Below, one piece after another: positions 50,101 to 58,692 of a DNA stretch of 64,000 nt. The translations under genes were made by a program, and so were the position numbers. Under the pieces are notes generated by a model, which saw only the letters and a program-made list of their open reading frames with translations, was not told the origin of the DNA and did not search any database. The stretch covers positions 4,952,081-5,016,080 of the forward strand of contig OY764016.1 in assembly GCA_963667805.1 (NCBI GenBank), read 5' to 3'. Every line of letters begins with the position of its first letter. Position 1 is the first letter of the stretch. The DNA comes from Candidatus Poribacteria bacterium. GTDB taxonomy: Bacteria; Poribacteria; WGA-4E; WGA-3G.

Positions 50101-50445
50101 ATGAGCGAAGTCGTTTACAATGAGGACTTGGTGAAACGCGTATCAAATAAATACCTCGCAGTGAATGTTGCCGCGAAACGCGCCAGAGATATAAACGCAA
50201 ACGGTTTGCCTATTGCGCCTTCAAGCACTGCAGATAAAAAGAAGAAACCTGTCGCCGTTGCCACACAAGAGTTAGTTGAAGGGAAACTTCACTTTGAAAG
50301 AAGCGAGGTCAAAGCACCCGCTCAGAATACACCCTCGATTTTTACCGACTCGCAGGATTCAGACGACGGGAGTGATATATTTGATGAAGAACTTCTCGCA
50401 CGCGAAGGCGATGCTGACCCAGAGGAACATGAGGAAGGTCTCTAA
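50101..50445 (+). CDS. rpoZ: RNA polymerase omega subunit with acidic C-terminal extension
   Basis: NKYLAVNVAAKRARDI...KPVAVATQEL..GK motif. Confidence 0.85.
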   Translation: MSEVVYNEDLVKRVSNKYLAVNVAAKRARDINANGLPIAPSSTADKKKKPVAVATQELVEGKLHFERSEVKAPAQNTPSIFTDSQDSDDGSDIFDEELLAREGDADPEEHEEGL

Positions 50446-50510
50446 ATCTCATCGATGCCGAAAAAATTGTGCCTACCCAAACAACCTCTCGTCAAAAAAA
50501 ATGAAGGCAC

Positions 50511-50539
50511 TTGACAATTCCCAATAAAGTGGGTATAAT
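50511..50539 (+). promoter_or_regulatory. Consensus sigma70 promoter of tRNA operon
   Basis: TTGACA-N17-TATAAT. Confidence 0.85.
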
Positions 50540-50549
50540 TAAAAGTGCT

Positions 50550-50621
50550 GCTGACGTGGCTCAATGGTAGAGCAAGTGATTTGTAATCACTAGGTTGGAG
50601 GTTCGATTCCTCTCGTCAGCT
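50550..50621 (+). tRNA. tRNA-Thr(TGT)
   Basis: GCTGACG/CGTCAGC acceptor; AGTGA-TTTGTAA-TCACT; GGTTCGATTCC. Confidence 0.95.
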
Positions 50622-50629
50622 TTTTTAAT

Positions 50630-50711
50630 GGGGGTATGCTAGAGCGGTCAAATAGGGCAGACTGTAAATCTGTTGGCTATGCCTACGGTGGTTCGAATCC
50701 ATCTGCCCCCA
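50630..50711 (+). tRNA. tRNA-Tyr(GTA)
   Basis: GGGGGTA/TGCCCCC acceptor; GCAGA-CTGTAAA-TCTGT; long variable arm. Confidence 0.95.
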
Positions 50712-50722
50712 TCTGTTTTTAT

Positions 50723-50812
50723 TAGGACTTACGCACTTCCGCGGTAGGGGCGGTTTCTAACCGCACCGATTGCGTCATATAAACTTAATTCTCTGATTTT
50801 GCGTAAGTCCTA
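50723..50812. mobile_element. 90-bp MITE-like element with 13-bp terminal inverted repeats
   Basis: TAGGACTTACGCA...TGCGTAAGTCCTA flanked by TTTAT on both sides; internal GTAG-type palindrome. Confidence 0.7.
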
Positions 50813-50825
50813 TTTATTATATACT

Positions 50826-50898
50826 GCGGGAGTAGCTCAGCTGGTAGAGCATTGGCCTTCCAAGCCATGTGTCGCGGGTTCGATTCCCGTCTCCCGCT
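50826..50898 (+). tRNA. tRNA-Gly(TCC)
   Basis: GCGGGAG/CTCCCGC acceptor; loop CTTCCAA; GGTTCGATTCC. Confidence 0.95.
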
Positions 50899-50918
50899 TG
50901 TTGGTGTTTTTTATCTTT

Positions 50919-50994
<76 letters not shown>

Positions 50995-51018
50995 TTTATC
51001 GAAAGTAGAGTGCTTATT

Positions 51019-51171
51019 ATGGCCAGAGACATTGTAATATTAGCATGTGATGTATGTGGTCGGCGGAATTATGTGACGACTCGGAACCGTCGGACGAACC
51101 AAAGTCGATATGAACGGATGAAATACTGTCCTTTCTGTCAAAAACATACACTTCACAAGGAAATACGATAA
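51019..51171 (+). CDS. rpmG: 50S ribosomal protein L33 (Zn-binding form)
   Basis: LACDVCGRRNY...KYCPFCQKHTLHKE. Confidence 0.96.
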   Translation: MARDIVILACDVCGRRNYVTTRNRRTNQSRYERMKYCPFCQKHTLHKEIR

Positions 51172-51231
51172 CTTTTTGGGTAGAGGCGTAGACACTACCG
51201 CGAGGTGTGCCGTCTCCTATGCAAAACTTGC

Positions 51232-51305
51232 AGGCCAGTAGCTCCAACGGCTAGAGCGTCGGTCTCCAAAACCGAATGTTGGGGGTTCGAATCCCTCCTG
51301 GCCTG
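51232..51305 (+). tRNA. tRNA-Trp(CCA)
   Basis: AGGCCAG/CTGGCCT acceptor; TCGGT-CTCCAAA-ACCGA; canonical position before secE. Confidence 0.95.
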
Positions 51306-51317
51306 CCTTTTAATCTT

Positions 51318-51737
51318 ATGATAACTCGTTTTAAAAATTACATTCAGGGAATTAATCAAGAATGGCAGAGAGTGTCTAAACCGGATGCCAAAGAAGTCCA
51401 AGGCAGCACCATTACTGTTATCATCGCTTCCGCCGTGTTAGGACTTTTCATCGGGTTAGTCGATGGCAATTCCGCTTTTCCAAAATGGAACAACCCGCTG
51501 GGTTGGATATTTCTCGCAGCTCTTCCAATCGTTGTTTTCTTTATTATGCGAAGTTGGGAGAATCAACCGCAAAGTAGTAGAGAAGCTGAATCTGAGGGTA
51601 TTGACAGGAATCGGAAAGTGATAGCGGCAACAGTAGCTTGTATCCCTTTAATTGCTGTACTCGTAAGCCAGTATGTCCTGAATAATTCCCTTGAAGGTTT
51701 CGGGATGGCTTTCCTCAGAACTCTCTTTATTCGTTAA
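51318..51737 (+). CDS. secE: Preprotein translocase SecE with C-terminal extension
   Basis: EWQRVSKP..KEV..STITVI...FIGLVD core; position between tRNA-Trp and nusG. Confidence 0.85.
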   Translation: MITRFKNYIQGINQEWQRVSKPDAKEVQGSTITVIIASAVLGLFIGLVDGNSAFPKWNNPLGWIFLAALPIVVFFIMRSWENQPQSSREAESEGIDRNRKVIAATVACIPLIAVLVSQYVLNNSLEGFGMAFLRTLFIR

Positions 51738-51768
51738 TCATAATGTGCATACACTGGTGAATCGGAAT

Positions 51769-52335
51769 ATGGATGGATACTGGTACGTCGTTCAAATATA
51801 CACTGGACATGAGAAAAAGGTTAAACTTAACCTTGACAACATGATCGCCAGGGAAGAGTTACAGGACGAGATACTTCAAGTTAATGTCCCAGAGACTGAG
51901 GTTGTAGAGGTTAAAGACAGTCAACGTAAAATTAGCCTCCGACCTTCTTATCCGGGTTACGTTCTGGTCAATACCACACATGAACTCGGTCCACATGTCG
52001 ATAATCCGATTGGGCAAAGGAGTTGGACTCTCATACAAGAGACACCGGGAGTCATGAACTTTTTAGGTCCCACCTCACATCCATCGCCTCTCAGCCCTGA
52101 TGATGTTGAAGCAATGCTCCAGATGTCAACCGAGGAAGAGGAAGTCCCACCAGTACCCGCAATGGAATATGAAGTGGGCGATAAGGTCAGGGTGATAAAC
52201 GGTCCGTTTAGTGGATTCTCCGGGGATATCGAAGAAATTAACATGGAACACCAACGATTACGCCTCAGCATTTCACTTTTCGGTCGCTCTACCTCCGTTG
52301 ATTTGGGCTTACTTGAAGTAGAAGAATTAAACTAA
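51769..52335 (+). CDS. nusG: Transcription termination/antitermination factor NusG
   Basis: WYVVQIYTGHEKKV, YPGYVLV, TPGVMNF and KOW motif VINGPFSGF. Confidence 0.97.
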   Translation: MDGYWYVVQIYTGHEKKVKLNLDNMIAREELQDEILQVNVPETEVVEVKDSQRKISLRPSYPGYVLVNTTHELGPHVDNPIGQRSWTLIQETPGVMNFLGPTSHPSPLSPDDVEAMLQMSTEEEEVPPVPAMEYEVGDKVRVINGPFSGFSGDIEEINMEHQRLRLSISLFGRSTSVDLGLLEVEELN

Positions 52336-52442
52336 ACGTAAATCGCACTTTTTAAGTGGAGAACCGTGATTGTGAGTTCACCCTGTCTTACTGACTGTAA
52401 AACGCAATTTGGAACGCTCACAACCCAAAATAGGGAAAAACA

Positions 52443-52865
52443 ATGGCAAAGAAAGTAGCAGGCGAGGTTAAACTCCAGTTAGTATCCGGACAGGCGACAC
52501 CACAACCCCCCGTTGGTCCCAGCCTTGCACCTTACATGATTAATCTACAGGAGTTTATCAAATCGTTTAACGCACAGACGCAGCATCAAACTGGAATGGT
52601 GGTGACGACCGTCATCACCTGTTATAGCGATAGATCGTTTAGTTTCGCTGTAAAATCACCACCTGCCGCAGTCTTACTCAAATCCGCAGCAAAGATTGCC
52701 AAAGGTTCTGGTGAACCCAATCGAAACAAGGTTGCTTCCATTACGATGGAACAAATTCGAGAAATCGCACAGACGAAATTACCTGACCTAAATACGACAG
52801 ACTTAGATGCAGCAGTACGAATGGTGGAAGGAACCGCTCGTAGCATGGGGCTGACAGTTAATTAG
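52443..52865 (+). CDS. rplK: 50S ribosomal protein L11
   Basis: GQATPQPPVGP, KGSGEPN and GTARSMG. Confidence 0.98.
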   Translation: MAKKVAGEVKLQLVSGQATPQPPVGPSLAPYMINLQEFIKSFNAQTQHQTGMVVTTVITCYSDRSFSFAVKSPPAAVLLKSAAKIAKGSGEPNRNKVASITMEQIREIAQTKLPDLNTTDLDAAVRMVEGTARSMGLTVN

Positions 52866-52960
52866 CAAGGCTTATCCATCTGACGAAACACGGTATTGTG
52901 GGTATACGGATAAGTTCACTTTGAAACGGGGCTATAGAGATATGCCCTATGGAGAACAAC

Positions 52961-53659
52961 ATGGCGAAAAGAGGGAAGCGATACCGCGGCATCAACGAAC
53001 ACGTAGACAGACTGCAACTTTACACGATAGACGAGGCTGTCTCGTTGGTCAAAAAAACAGGCAGCGCAAAGTTTGATGAAACCGTGGATTTGGCATCGCG
53101 TCTGGGCATAGATGCCCGACAGGCAGACCAGAATATCCGAGGCACTGTCGCACTGCCACACGGAACAGGGAAATCTGTTCGTGTCGTCGTCTTTGCCCAA
53201 GGCGACCCGGCACGACAAGCCGAAGAAGCCGGCGCAGATTTTGTTGGAACTGACGAGCTCGTCGATAAAATTGTTGACGGATGGCTCGATTTTGACGCAA
53301 CAATTGCCACACCTGACTTAATGCGAAGTATCATGCCTAAACTCGGACGAATCCTGGGACCGCGCGGCTTAATGCCTAACGCCAAAGCTGGCACTGTCAC
53401 AATGGATGTCGCCGAAACCATCCAAGATATCAAAGCAGGACAAATCGAATACCGAGTAGAGCGCTCTTCCGGTATTGTTCATGTCCCAATCGGCAAGGTC
53501 TCGTTTGAGGAAGAAAGTATTAAACAGAACCTCAATGCAGTGATGAGCGCGCTCGTTGCCGCTCGTCCGTCCGCGGTGAAAGGTAGATACATTCGGAGTG
53601 TCGCTATATCAGCAACAATGGGAGCTGCTGTCCGGATAGATCCACAGCAATTCGCATAA
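52961..53659 (+). CDS. rplA: 50S ribosomal protein L1
   Basis: AKFDETV, LPHGTGK and LGRILGPRGLMPNAKAGTV. Confidence 0.98.
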   Translation: MAKRGKRYRGINEHVDRLQLYTIDEAVSLVKKTGSAKFDETVDLASRLGIDARQADQNIRGTVALPHGTGKSVRVVVFAQGDPARQAEEAGADFVGTDELVDKIVDGWLDFDATIATPDLMRSIMPKLGRILGPRGLMPNAKAGTVTMDVAETIQDIKAGQIEYRVERSSGIVHVPIGKVSFEEESIKQNLNAVMSALVAARPSAVKGRYIRSVAISATMGAAVRIDPQQFA

Positions 53660-53702
53660 TCCGCACGGGATACGATATGGAAGAGTCCTACAGCTGAATA
53701 AA

Positions 53703-53746
53703 GTCGTAGAACGTAGGTGCCATCGGCTTAATTGCCTACTGAGGCT
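53703..53746 (+). promoter_or_regulatory. L10 leader (L10/L12 autoregulatory RNA)
   Basis: GTCGTAGAACGTAGG...TTAAT.GCCTACTGAGGC pattern upstream of rplJ. Confidence 0.7.
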
Positions 53747-53825
53747 TGAATGGAATACAACGAATGATGTGTGACCAAAGCATCCGTGAAATCGCGTCGT
53801 TCCATGTTCACTCCTCTTTGGATCT

Positions 53826-53852
53826 AAGCCTCCAGGCACCTGGAGGCTTTTT
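53826..53852 (+). terminator. Terminator/attenuator hairpin in rplJ leader
   Basis: AAGCCTCCAGGCACCTGGAGGCTTTTT hairpin with T tract. Confidence 0.75.
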
Positions 53853-53945
53853 GCATGCAATCGTATACCGAATTGATAGGTGTATAGGGAAACCAAGGTA
53901 TCATACTCTGGTTACTATACAACCGATATAGAAAGGAACTGAAAC

Positions 53946-54512
53946 ATGCCGAATGAGGCAAATGTTCAGCAAACAGAACAAATTCGTGAGATTTTTGACA
54001 ATGCCGATGTTGTGCTGCTAACAGACTTTCAGGGGCTGACCGTCGCAGAAATTAACGAACTGCGAAACCAACTCCGAGCCGCCGATATCCGCTATAAGGT
54101 CTGTAAGAATACATTGATAAACGTTGTCGCTCAAGAAAGAGGGATTGATGGCTTGGCACCTTATCTCAAAGGAAATACAGCCCTCGCTACCGGTACAGAT
54201 CCGGCGACATCTTCAAAAATCTTGCTTGAATTTGGCGAGAAACACGAAAATCTTAAGGTTAAAGGTGGCATTCTCGGGACACGAATCATTGATGCAGCAG
54301 GCGTTGAAGCCCTGAAAGATATGCCATCACGAGATGTCCTGATCGCCCGCACCGTCGGGGTTATCGGCGCACCTCTCACCGGACTCGTCAACACCTTAAA
54401 TCAGGGTTCACCTGTTACAGGGATGGTGAACGTACTCAGTGGAACAATACGTCAGGTAACCTCCGTACTGACACAGGTTGCTGACCAAAAGAAAGAGGCG
54501 GAAGACGCCTAA
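53946..54512 (+). CDS. rplJ: 50S ribosomal protein L10
   Basis: DFQGLTVAEINELR, KVCKNTL, LKGNTA and MPSRDVL. Confidence 0.97.
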   Translation: MPNEANVQQTEQIREIFDNADVVLLTDFQGLTVAEINELRNQLRAADIRYKVCKNTLINVVAQERGIDGLAPYLKGNTALATGTDPATSSKILLEFGEKHENLKVKGGILGTRIIDAAGVEALKDMPSRDVLIARTVGVIGAPLTGLVNTLNQGSPVTGMVNVLSGTIRQVTSVLTQVADQKKEAEDA

Positions 54513-54626
54513 CCCATAGCACTTCCAGTGCTTATGTCAAATATTGAGGGGAACCAAATCCCCAAGACTTGATCAGAAAATCTCTAATCAAGTTAATTTG
54601 ATACTACCTATAGAGAGGATAAAAAC

Positions 54627-55025
54627 ATGGCCGCAGATTTGGAAAAATTGATTGATGAAATTAGCAATATGACCGTTCTGGAACTTTCTGAATTGGTCAA
54701 AGCCTTAGAGGATAAATTCGGAGTCAGTGCATCAGCCGCACCGGCAATGGCTATGCCTGGGATGATGCCAGCTGTTGCTGCGGATGCAGCAGCAGAGGAA
54801 GAAGAAGAAGAGAAAACGGAATTCGACGTTCAGCTCAAAGACTTCGGTTCCAAGAAGATTCCAGTTATCAAAGAGGTTCGCGCGATTACTGGGCTCGGAT
54901 TGAAGGAAGCAAAAGAGAAAGTCGAATCCGCACCCGTTGTCATTCAAGAAGGCATTGCTAAAGAGGAAGCCGAGAAAACGAAAGAACAACTCGAAGCTCT
55001 CGGTGCCGAAGTCGAAATCATATAG
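54627..55025 (+). CDS. rplL: 50S ribosomal protein L7/L12
   Basis: [27 protein letters not shown] and GLGLKEAK. Confidence 0.98.
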   Translation: MAADLEKLIDEISNMTVLELSELVKALEDKFGVSASAAPAMAMPGMMPAVAADAAAEEEEEEKTEFDVQLKDFGSKKIPVIKEVRAITGLGLKEAKEKVESAPVVIQEGIAKEEAEKTKEQLEALGAEVEII

Positions 55026-55195
55026 ACGGAAGTATGCCGTCTTACATCACAGGCAGCGCGCGTTTAAATCGCGCACGACAGGTAAACCCATTATGGTTCT
55101 TGAGCATAGCGATGCCCCAATTCATCGCTCTACGGCGAACTGTAATGGGTTACCGTTTTTATGAGTGCTATTTCTCTTTCTTACACCAGAATTGT

Positions 55196-55303
55196 AGCCT
55201 GCAACAATACGCAGAAATACCCAAGCAAAGACACGCAGGCGGATTTAAGGAACGCCCGTCAAAATCCAAACGCTTGAAGTTTACCCGCAAGGAATAATTA
55301 AAA
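55196..55303 (+). repeat. Intergenic repeat family X, copy upstream of membrane-protein gene
   Basis: (GT)AGCCTGCAACAATACGCAGAAATAC..ACACGCAGGCGGAT..CCGCAAGGAATAATTAAAA. Confidence 0.75.
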
Positions 55304-56143
55304 ATTAGTATCGTTGATGTCTTTTATCTTGTTTTTAGCCAACTCGCAGTGGGTGGGTTTGCGCTCCTCCTCTTAGTCCCTACAGGATTAGTGGGTCCGA
55401 ATTTCTACCGTTTAATGGGGAGTATCTATCTGCTCGTAAGCGGATTATCGCGATGTGCAAACCTTGCGCTTCATCAGCAGCCCGTCACATTTCGTAACTT
55501 CTTCGGATATTGGCAGAATCCCGAGTCCATTTCTGTTATCTGTTTCGTTTTCATTGTCCTCGTCTACACCCTAAGTTGGTGGTTCAAAACGCCACTCCTT
55601 ACAAGGTTCCTCTTCTTGAGTGGACTTATCTCCGGCGGGGTGTGGCTGATTTTGAGTACCCAGCGGTATCTTCAAGTCGTACAACTTCCGGGCGAAATGT
55701 TCCTGTTATCACTTCAATTCTTGATGGCGGCTGCACTACTCGGTGCAGTCCACAGCGGGATGTGGTTTGGGCATTGGTATCTCGTGGTGCCTGATTTGCC
55801 TGTGGTTTATCTGAAACGGTTTAATACTGTCCTACTCTGCACACTTTCCGGTGTGACACTGCTCCTCTGCCTGAACCTCTTTTTCAGACAGCAATCCACA
55901 GATACCGTATCTTTTAACCTCTTTTATCAAATCATCTTCAGCATGCGGGTACTCATAGGGATCGCTGGCACGTTGTTCCTCTACTTCATTACGTGGGACT
56001 GCTTACGTCCGAAATCTGTTGCCCGTGATGTGCTTGGTGCGACACGCGCTGCGACCGGTTTCCTCTTTATTGCCATCATCACAGTGCTTCTCGGTGAGTT
56101 CTGCAGTCGGCTGCTACTTCTGGAAATGCGGTTTATCTTTTAA
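55304..56143 (+). CDS. Multi-pass membrane protein of unknown function
   Basis: About 8 hydrophobic segments; GMWFGHWYLVVP and ATRAATG motifs; frame open from ATT 55304, first GTG at 55349. Confidence 0.7.
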   Translation: MSIVDVFYLVFSQLAVGGFALLLLVPTGLVGPNFYRLMGSIYLLVSGLSRCANLALHQQPVTFRNFFGYWQNPESISVICFVFIVLVYTLSWWFKTPLLTRFLFLSGLISGGVWLILSTQRYLQVVQLPGEMFLLSLQFLMAAALLGAVHSGMWFGHWYLVVPDLPVVYLKRFNTVLLCTLSGVTLLLCLNLFFRQQSTDTVSFNLFYQIIFSMRVLIGIAGTLFLYFITWDCLRPKSVARDVLGATRAATGFLFIAIITVLLGEFCSRLLLLEMRFIF

Positions 56144-56185
56144 GTTATGTTGACAGCACCCAGATGAAAGTTCTACCAGACCCGT

Positions 56186-56336
56186 AGCTTGCAACAATAC
56201 GCGGAAATACCGGATTTAGTCTGGGAATAGACTAAATCCATTCCTTGTATTACATCGCAAAAACACGCAGGCGGATATAAGAAAGGCCCCTGAAGGTCTG
56301 AACCCACTTCGTTCCTCCGCAAGGAAAAATTAAAAA
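56186..56336 (+). repeat. Intergenic repeat family X, copy with inserted palindrome
   Basis: Same blocks as the 55196 copy plus inserted GGATTTAGTCT..AGACTAAATCC hairpin. Confidence 0.75.
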
Positions 56337-56400
56337 TTGTAATTTAAATTTCGGATATGCTAAAATTACTATATTCACTACAAACTTAAGGAGAAGGATA

Positions 56401-57471
56401 ATGCAATCCCAAATTTTCTATGAACCCGAATCAATGAGCCTCGAAGATCGGCCCGTGCCAGCAGCCGGTGACAATGACCTACTCGTCCAGGTCCGTTCGG
56501 TAGGTATCTGTGGTTCGGACGTAGCATATTATTTCGGCAATAGTTCGCTTGAAACCGACGACGGGAAAGGACCACTTATCCTTGGACACGAATTTACCGG
56601 TGAAGTCGTCGAGGTTGGCAGCGAAGCAGGAAAAACAGGTGGATTTAAAGTAGGAGATCGAGTTGTCGTCAATCCTGTTCAATCTAATCCAGATTCCTTC
56701 TGGAGTCAGAAAGGATTGTCCAACTTGTGTCCCGAAAAACGCGTCTTAGGTGTAGGTGTTGATGGAGGCTTCGCGGAATACGCAGTCTCAGATTATCGGT
56801 GGACAGTCAAGCTACCCGACAACGTGACCTATGACCAAGGTGCACTCACAGAGCCGCTCGCATGTGGACTCTATGCCGTCAACAATCTCAACGCCGAAGA
56901 AGGTCAAACCGCTGTCGTCTTCGGACCGGGTCCCATCGGTTTGATGATGGTGCAAGTCCTAAAAAGCCGCGGCTTGAAGAACGTCCTCCTTGTCGGAACC
57001 CGTGATTATCGCTTGGATTGCGGTAAGGCACTCGGGGCTGACGTAGTCGTCAACGTTAGTGATACCAACTCCCCGCACTATGTAGAAGACTTAGGTGCTC
57101 TGATTCAGGAACTCAACGATGGCGAATTGGCAGATCGGGCAATTACAGCGACCAGCTCACTTGACGCCATACATACCGCCTTAGAAGTTACAGGTAGACA
57201 CGCAACTGTCGTTATCTTTGGACTGCCTGGCGATACGGATGTAATGCAGGTTCCCATCCTTGATACGATTCTTATGGACAAAACCATCAGGTTCTCTTGG
57301 TTGGCACCTGATACGTGGGAAGAAGCAGTGCAGCTCATTTCGAGTGGCGATGTCAATATGGACCAAATCATCAGCCACGAATTCCCGCTCGAATCACTTG
57401 TTGAAGGGATAACAAAGGTCCGCAATCGTGAAGACGGTTGTACGAAGGGCTTGATAAAAGTTTCTGCTTAA
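56401..57471 (+). CDS. Zinc-dependent alcohol/polyol dehydrogenase (MDR family)
   Basis: GICGSD, LGHEFTG, GDRVV, GGFAEY, TEPLA and GPGPIG. Confidence 0.92.
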   Translation: MQSQIFYEPESMSLEDRPVPAAGDNDLLVQVRSVGICGSDVAYYFGNSSLETDDGKGPLILGHEFTGEVVEVGSEAGKTGGFKVGDRVVVNPVQSNPDSFWSQKGLSNLCPEKRVLGVGVDGGFAEYAVSDYRWTVKLPDNVTYDQGALTEPLACGLYAVNNLNAEEGQTAVVFGPGPIGLMMVQVLKSRGLKNVLLVGTRDYRLDCGKALGADVVVNVSDTNSPHYVEDLGALIQELNDGELADRAITATSSLDAIHTALEVTGRHATVVIFGLPGDTDVMQVPILDTILMDKTIRFSWLAPDTWEEAVQLISSGDVNMDQIISHEFPLESLVEGITKVRNREDGCTKGLIKVSA

Positions 57472-57483
57472 CCTGTAAAGAAT

Positions 57484-57828
57484 ATGGGCATCCCATTTTT
57501 CATCCTTTTTATCCTTTCAATCGCTTTCTTATCTCTTGGAATAACTGGGTGGGGTGGCTTCGTTTCGGTGGAATGGCCTCAGCAAGACGCAACCGACGCA
57601 AAGACCGACACTGGAGCTGTCACCCCTTACCTCAGTTTAAAACCAAACTACTGGGCAATCGCACAGTGTTTCATAGGATTTCTGCTGTTTTTAGTGAGTC
57701 TCTATTTTATGGGCTTTTTTCTCTATCTCGAAGAACGAGAAAGCGGCAGAATCATGAAAAACGTAAAAAGTTTTGCCAAACTCAGGCAGTTTCTTGAGCG
57801 ACACCAGAAGGGGGACCTTTCACAATGA
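57484..57828 (+). CDS. Hypothetical two-TM membrane protein
   Basis: Two hydrophobic helices; fills the gap and overlaps the next gene by ATGA. Confidence 0.6.
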   Translation: MGIPFFILFILSIAFLSLGITGWGGFVSVEWPQQDATDAKTDTGAVTPYLSLKPNYWAIAQCFIGFLLFLVSLYFMGFFLYLEERESGRIMKNVKSFAKLRQFLERHQKGDLSQ

Positions 57829-58673
57829 ATTCTCTCGTAAGATGCCTTGTTGACAAATCCAAGGGGTGCAGGATGCTCGTAGGTTTCGGGGTCGCATGCC
57901 TCACCCTATATTGTGCTACGACAAGCAACGCCAAAATTGACCCAAAGACGGTTGTGGGAATCTGGCTCTTCGATGAAGGGAGTGGGAAAATTGCCGAAGA
58001 TTTGTCCGGGAACGACAACGATGGCGAACTCAAAGAAGGCACGAAATGGGAAGACGGACAGTTCGGGAAAGCCGTCATCTTCGATGGAAAGGATGATTAC
58101 GTTGAAATCGCTCCAGCACCTCTGTTCAATCCGGAGGTATTCACAGTCACCTTCTGGATGCATCCGACCGCTGTTGGCGGCAACAATCCAGGGGGTAAGG
58201 GGTCAGCCACCCTCATCATTGCAAATGGTAATCCGGGAGACGGTGGGGGCGCGAATTGGTGGTTTGAATACTGGAACGGTGGTAACTTTGAATTCAAAAG
58301 TTGCCAAGCCGGGTGTGCTGCAGCGAACACACCCGTGAATACGCCGAATGAATGGTATTTTGTCGCCGGTATCTACAACGGCACTGAATATGAACTCTAT
58401 ATTGATGGTGAATTTAAAGCGAAGGGACCGAATAAGGTCGGGGAACCTGAGAAAGGCTTACTCATCGGAAGTGGACTCTGCCCGGCAGGTCACGGATGTG
58501 ACGGCGGATATTTCAAAGGCATCATCGACGATGTAGCGATGTTCAGCGATGCCTTGAGTGAGGCGGATATTAAAACACTCATGGAAGAAGGGGTCGGCAA
58601 AGTTCTGGGGGTCGCTCCGGTGGAACCTACAGATAAATTGGCAACGATGTGGGGCGATCTAAAAACGCGCTAA
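57825..58673 (+). CDS. Secreted LamG/concanavalin-like protein with C-terminal VEPxxKLATxWG motif
   Basis: WLFDEGSG..AEDLSGN, GKAVIFDG, FTVTFW, WYFVAG.Y and FKGIIDDV. Confidence 0.88.
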   Translation: MNSLVRCLVDKSKGCRMLVGFGVACLTLYCATTSNAKIDPKTVVGIWLFDEGSGKIAEDLSGNDNDGELKEGTKWEDGQFGKAVIFDGKDDYVEIAPAPLFNPEVFTVTFWMHPTAVGGNNPGGKGSATLIIANGNPGDGGGANWWFEYWNGGNFEFKSCQAGCAAANTPVNTPNEWYFVAGIYNGTEYELYIDGEFKAKGPNKVGEPEKGLLIGSGLCPAGHGCDGGYFKGIIDDVAMFSDALSEADIKTLMEEGVGKVLGVAPVEPTDKLATMWGDLKTR

Positions 58674-58692
58674 AGAGGTAATTCCAACCCGT

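Noticed and set aside
52336-52442. L1-binding autoregulatory site in the rplK leader
   Set aside because: A hairpin is present (TTGTGAG..CTCACAA), but I could not match the L1-site consensus with confidence
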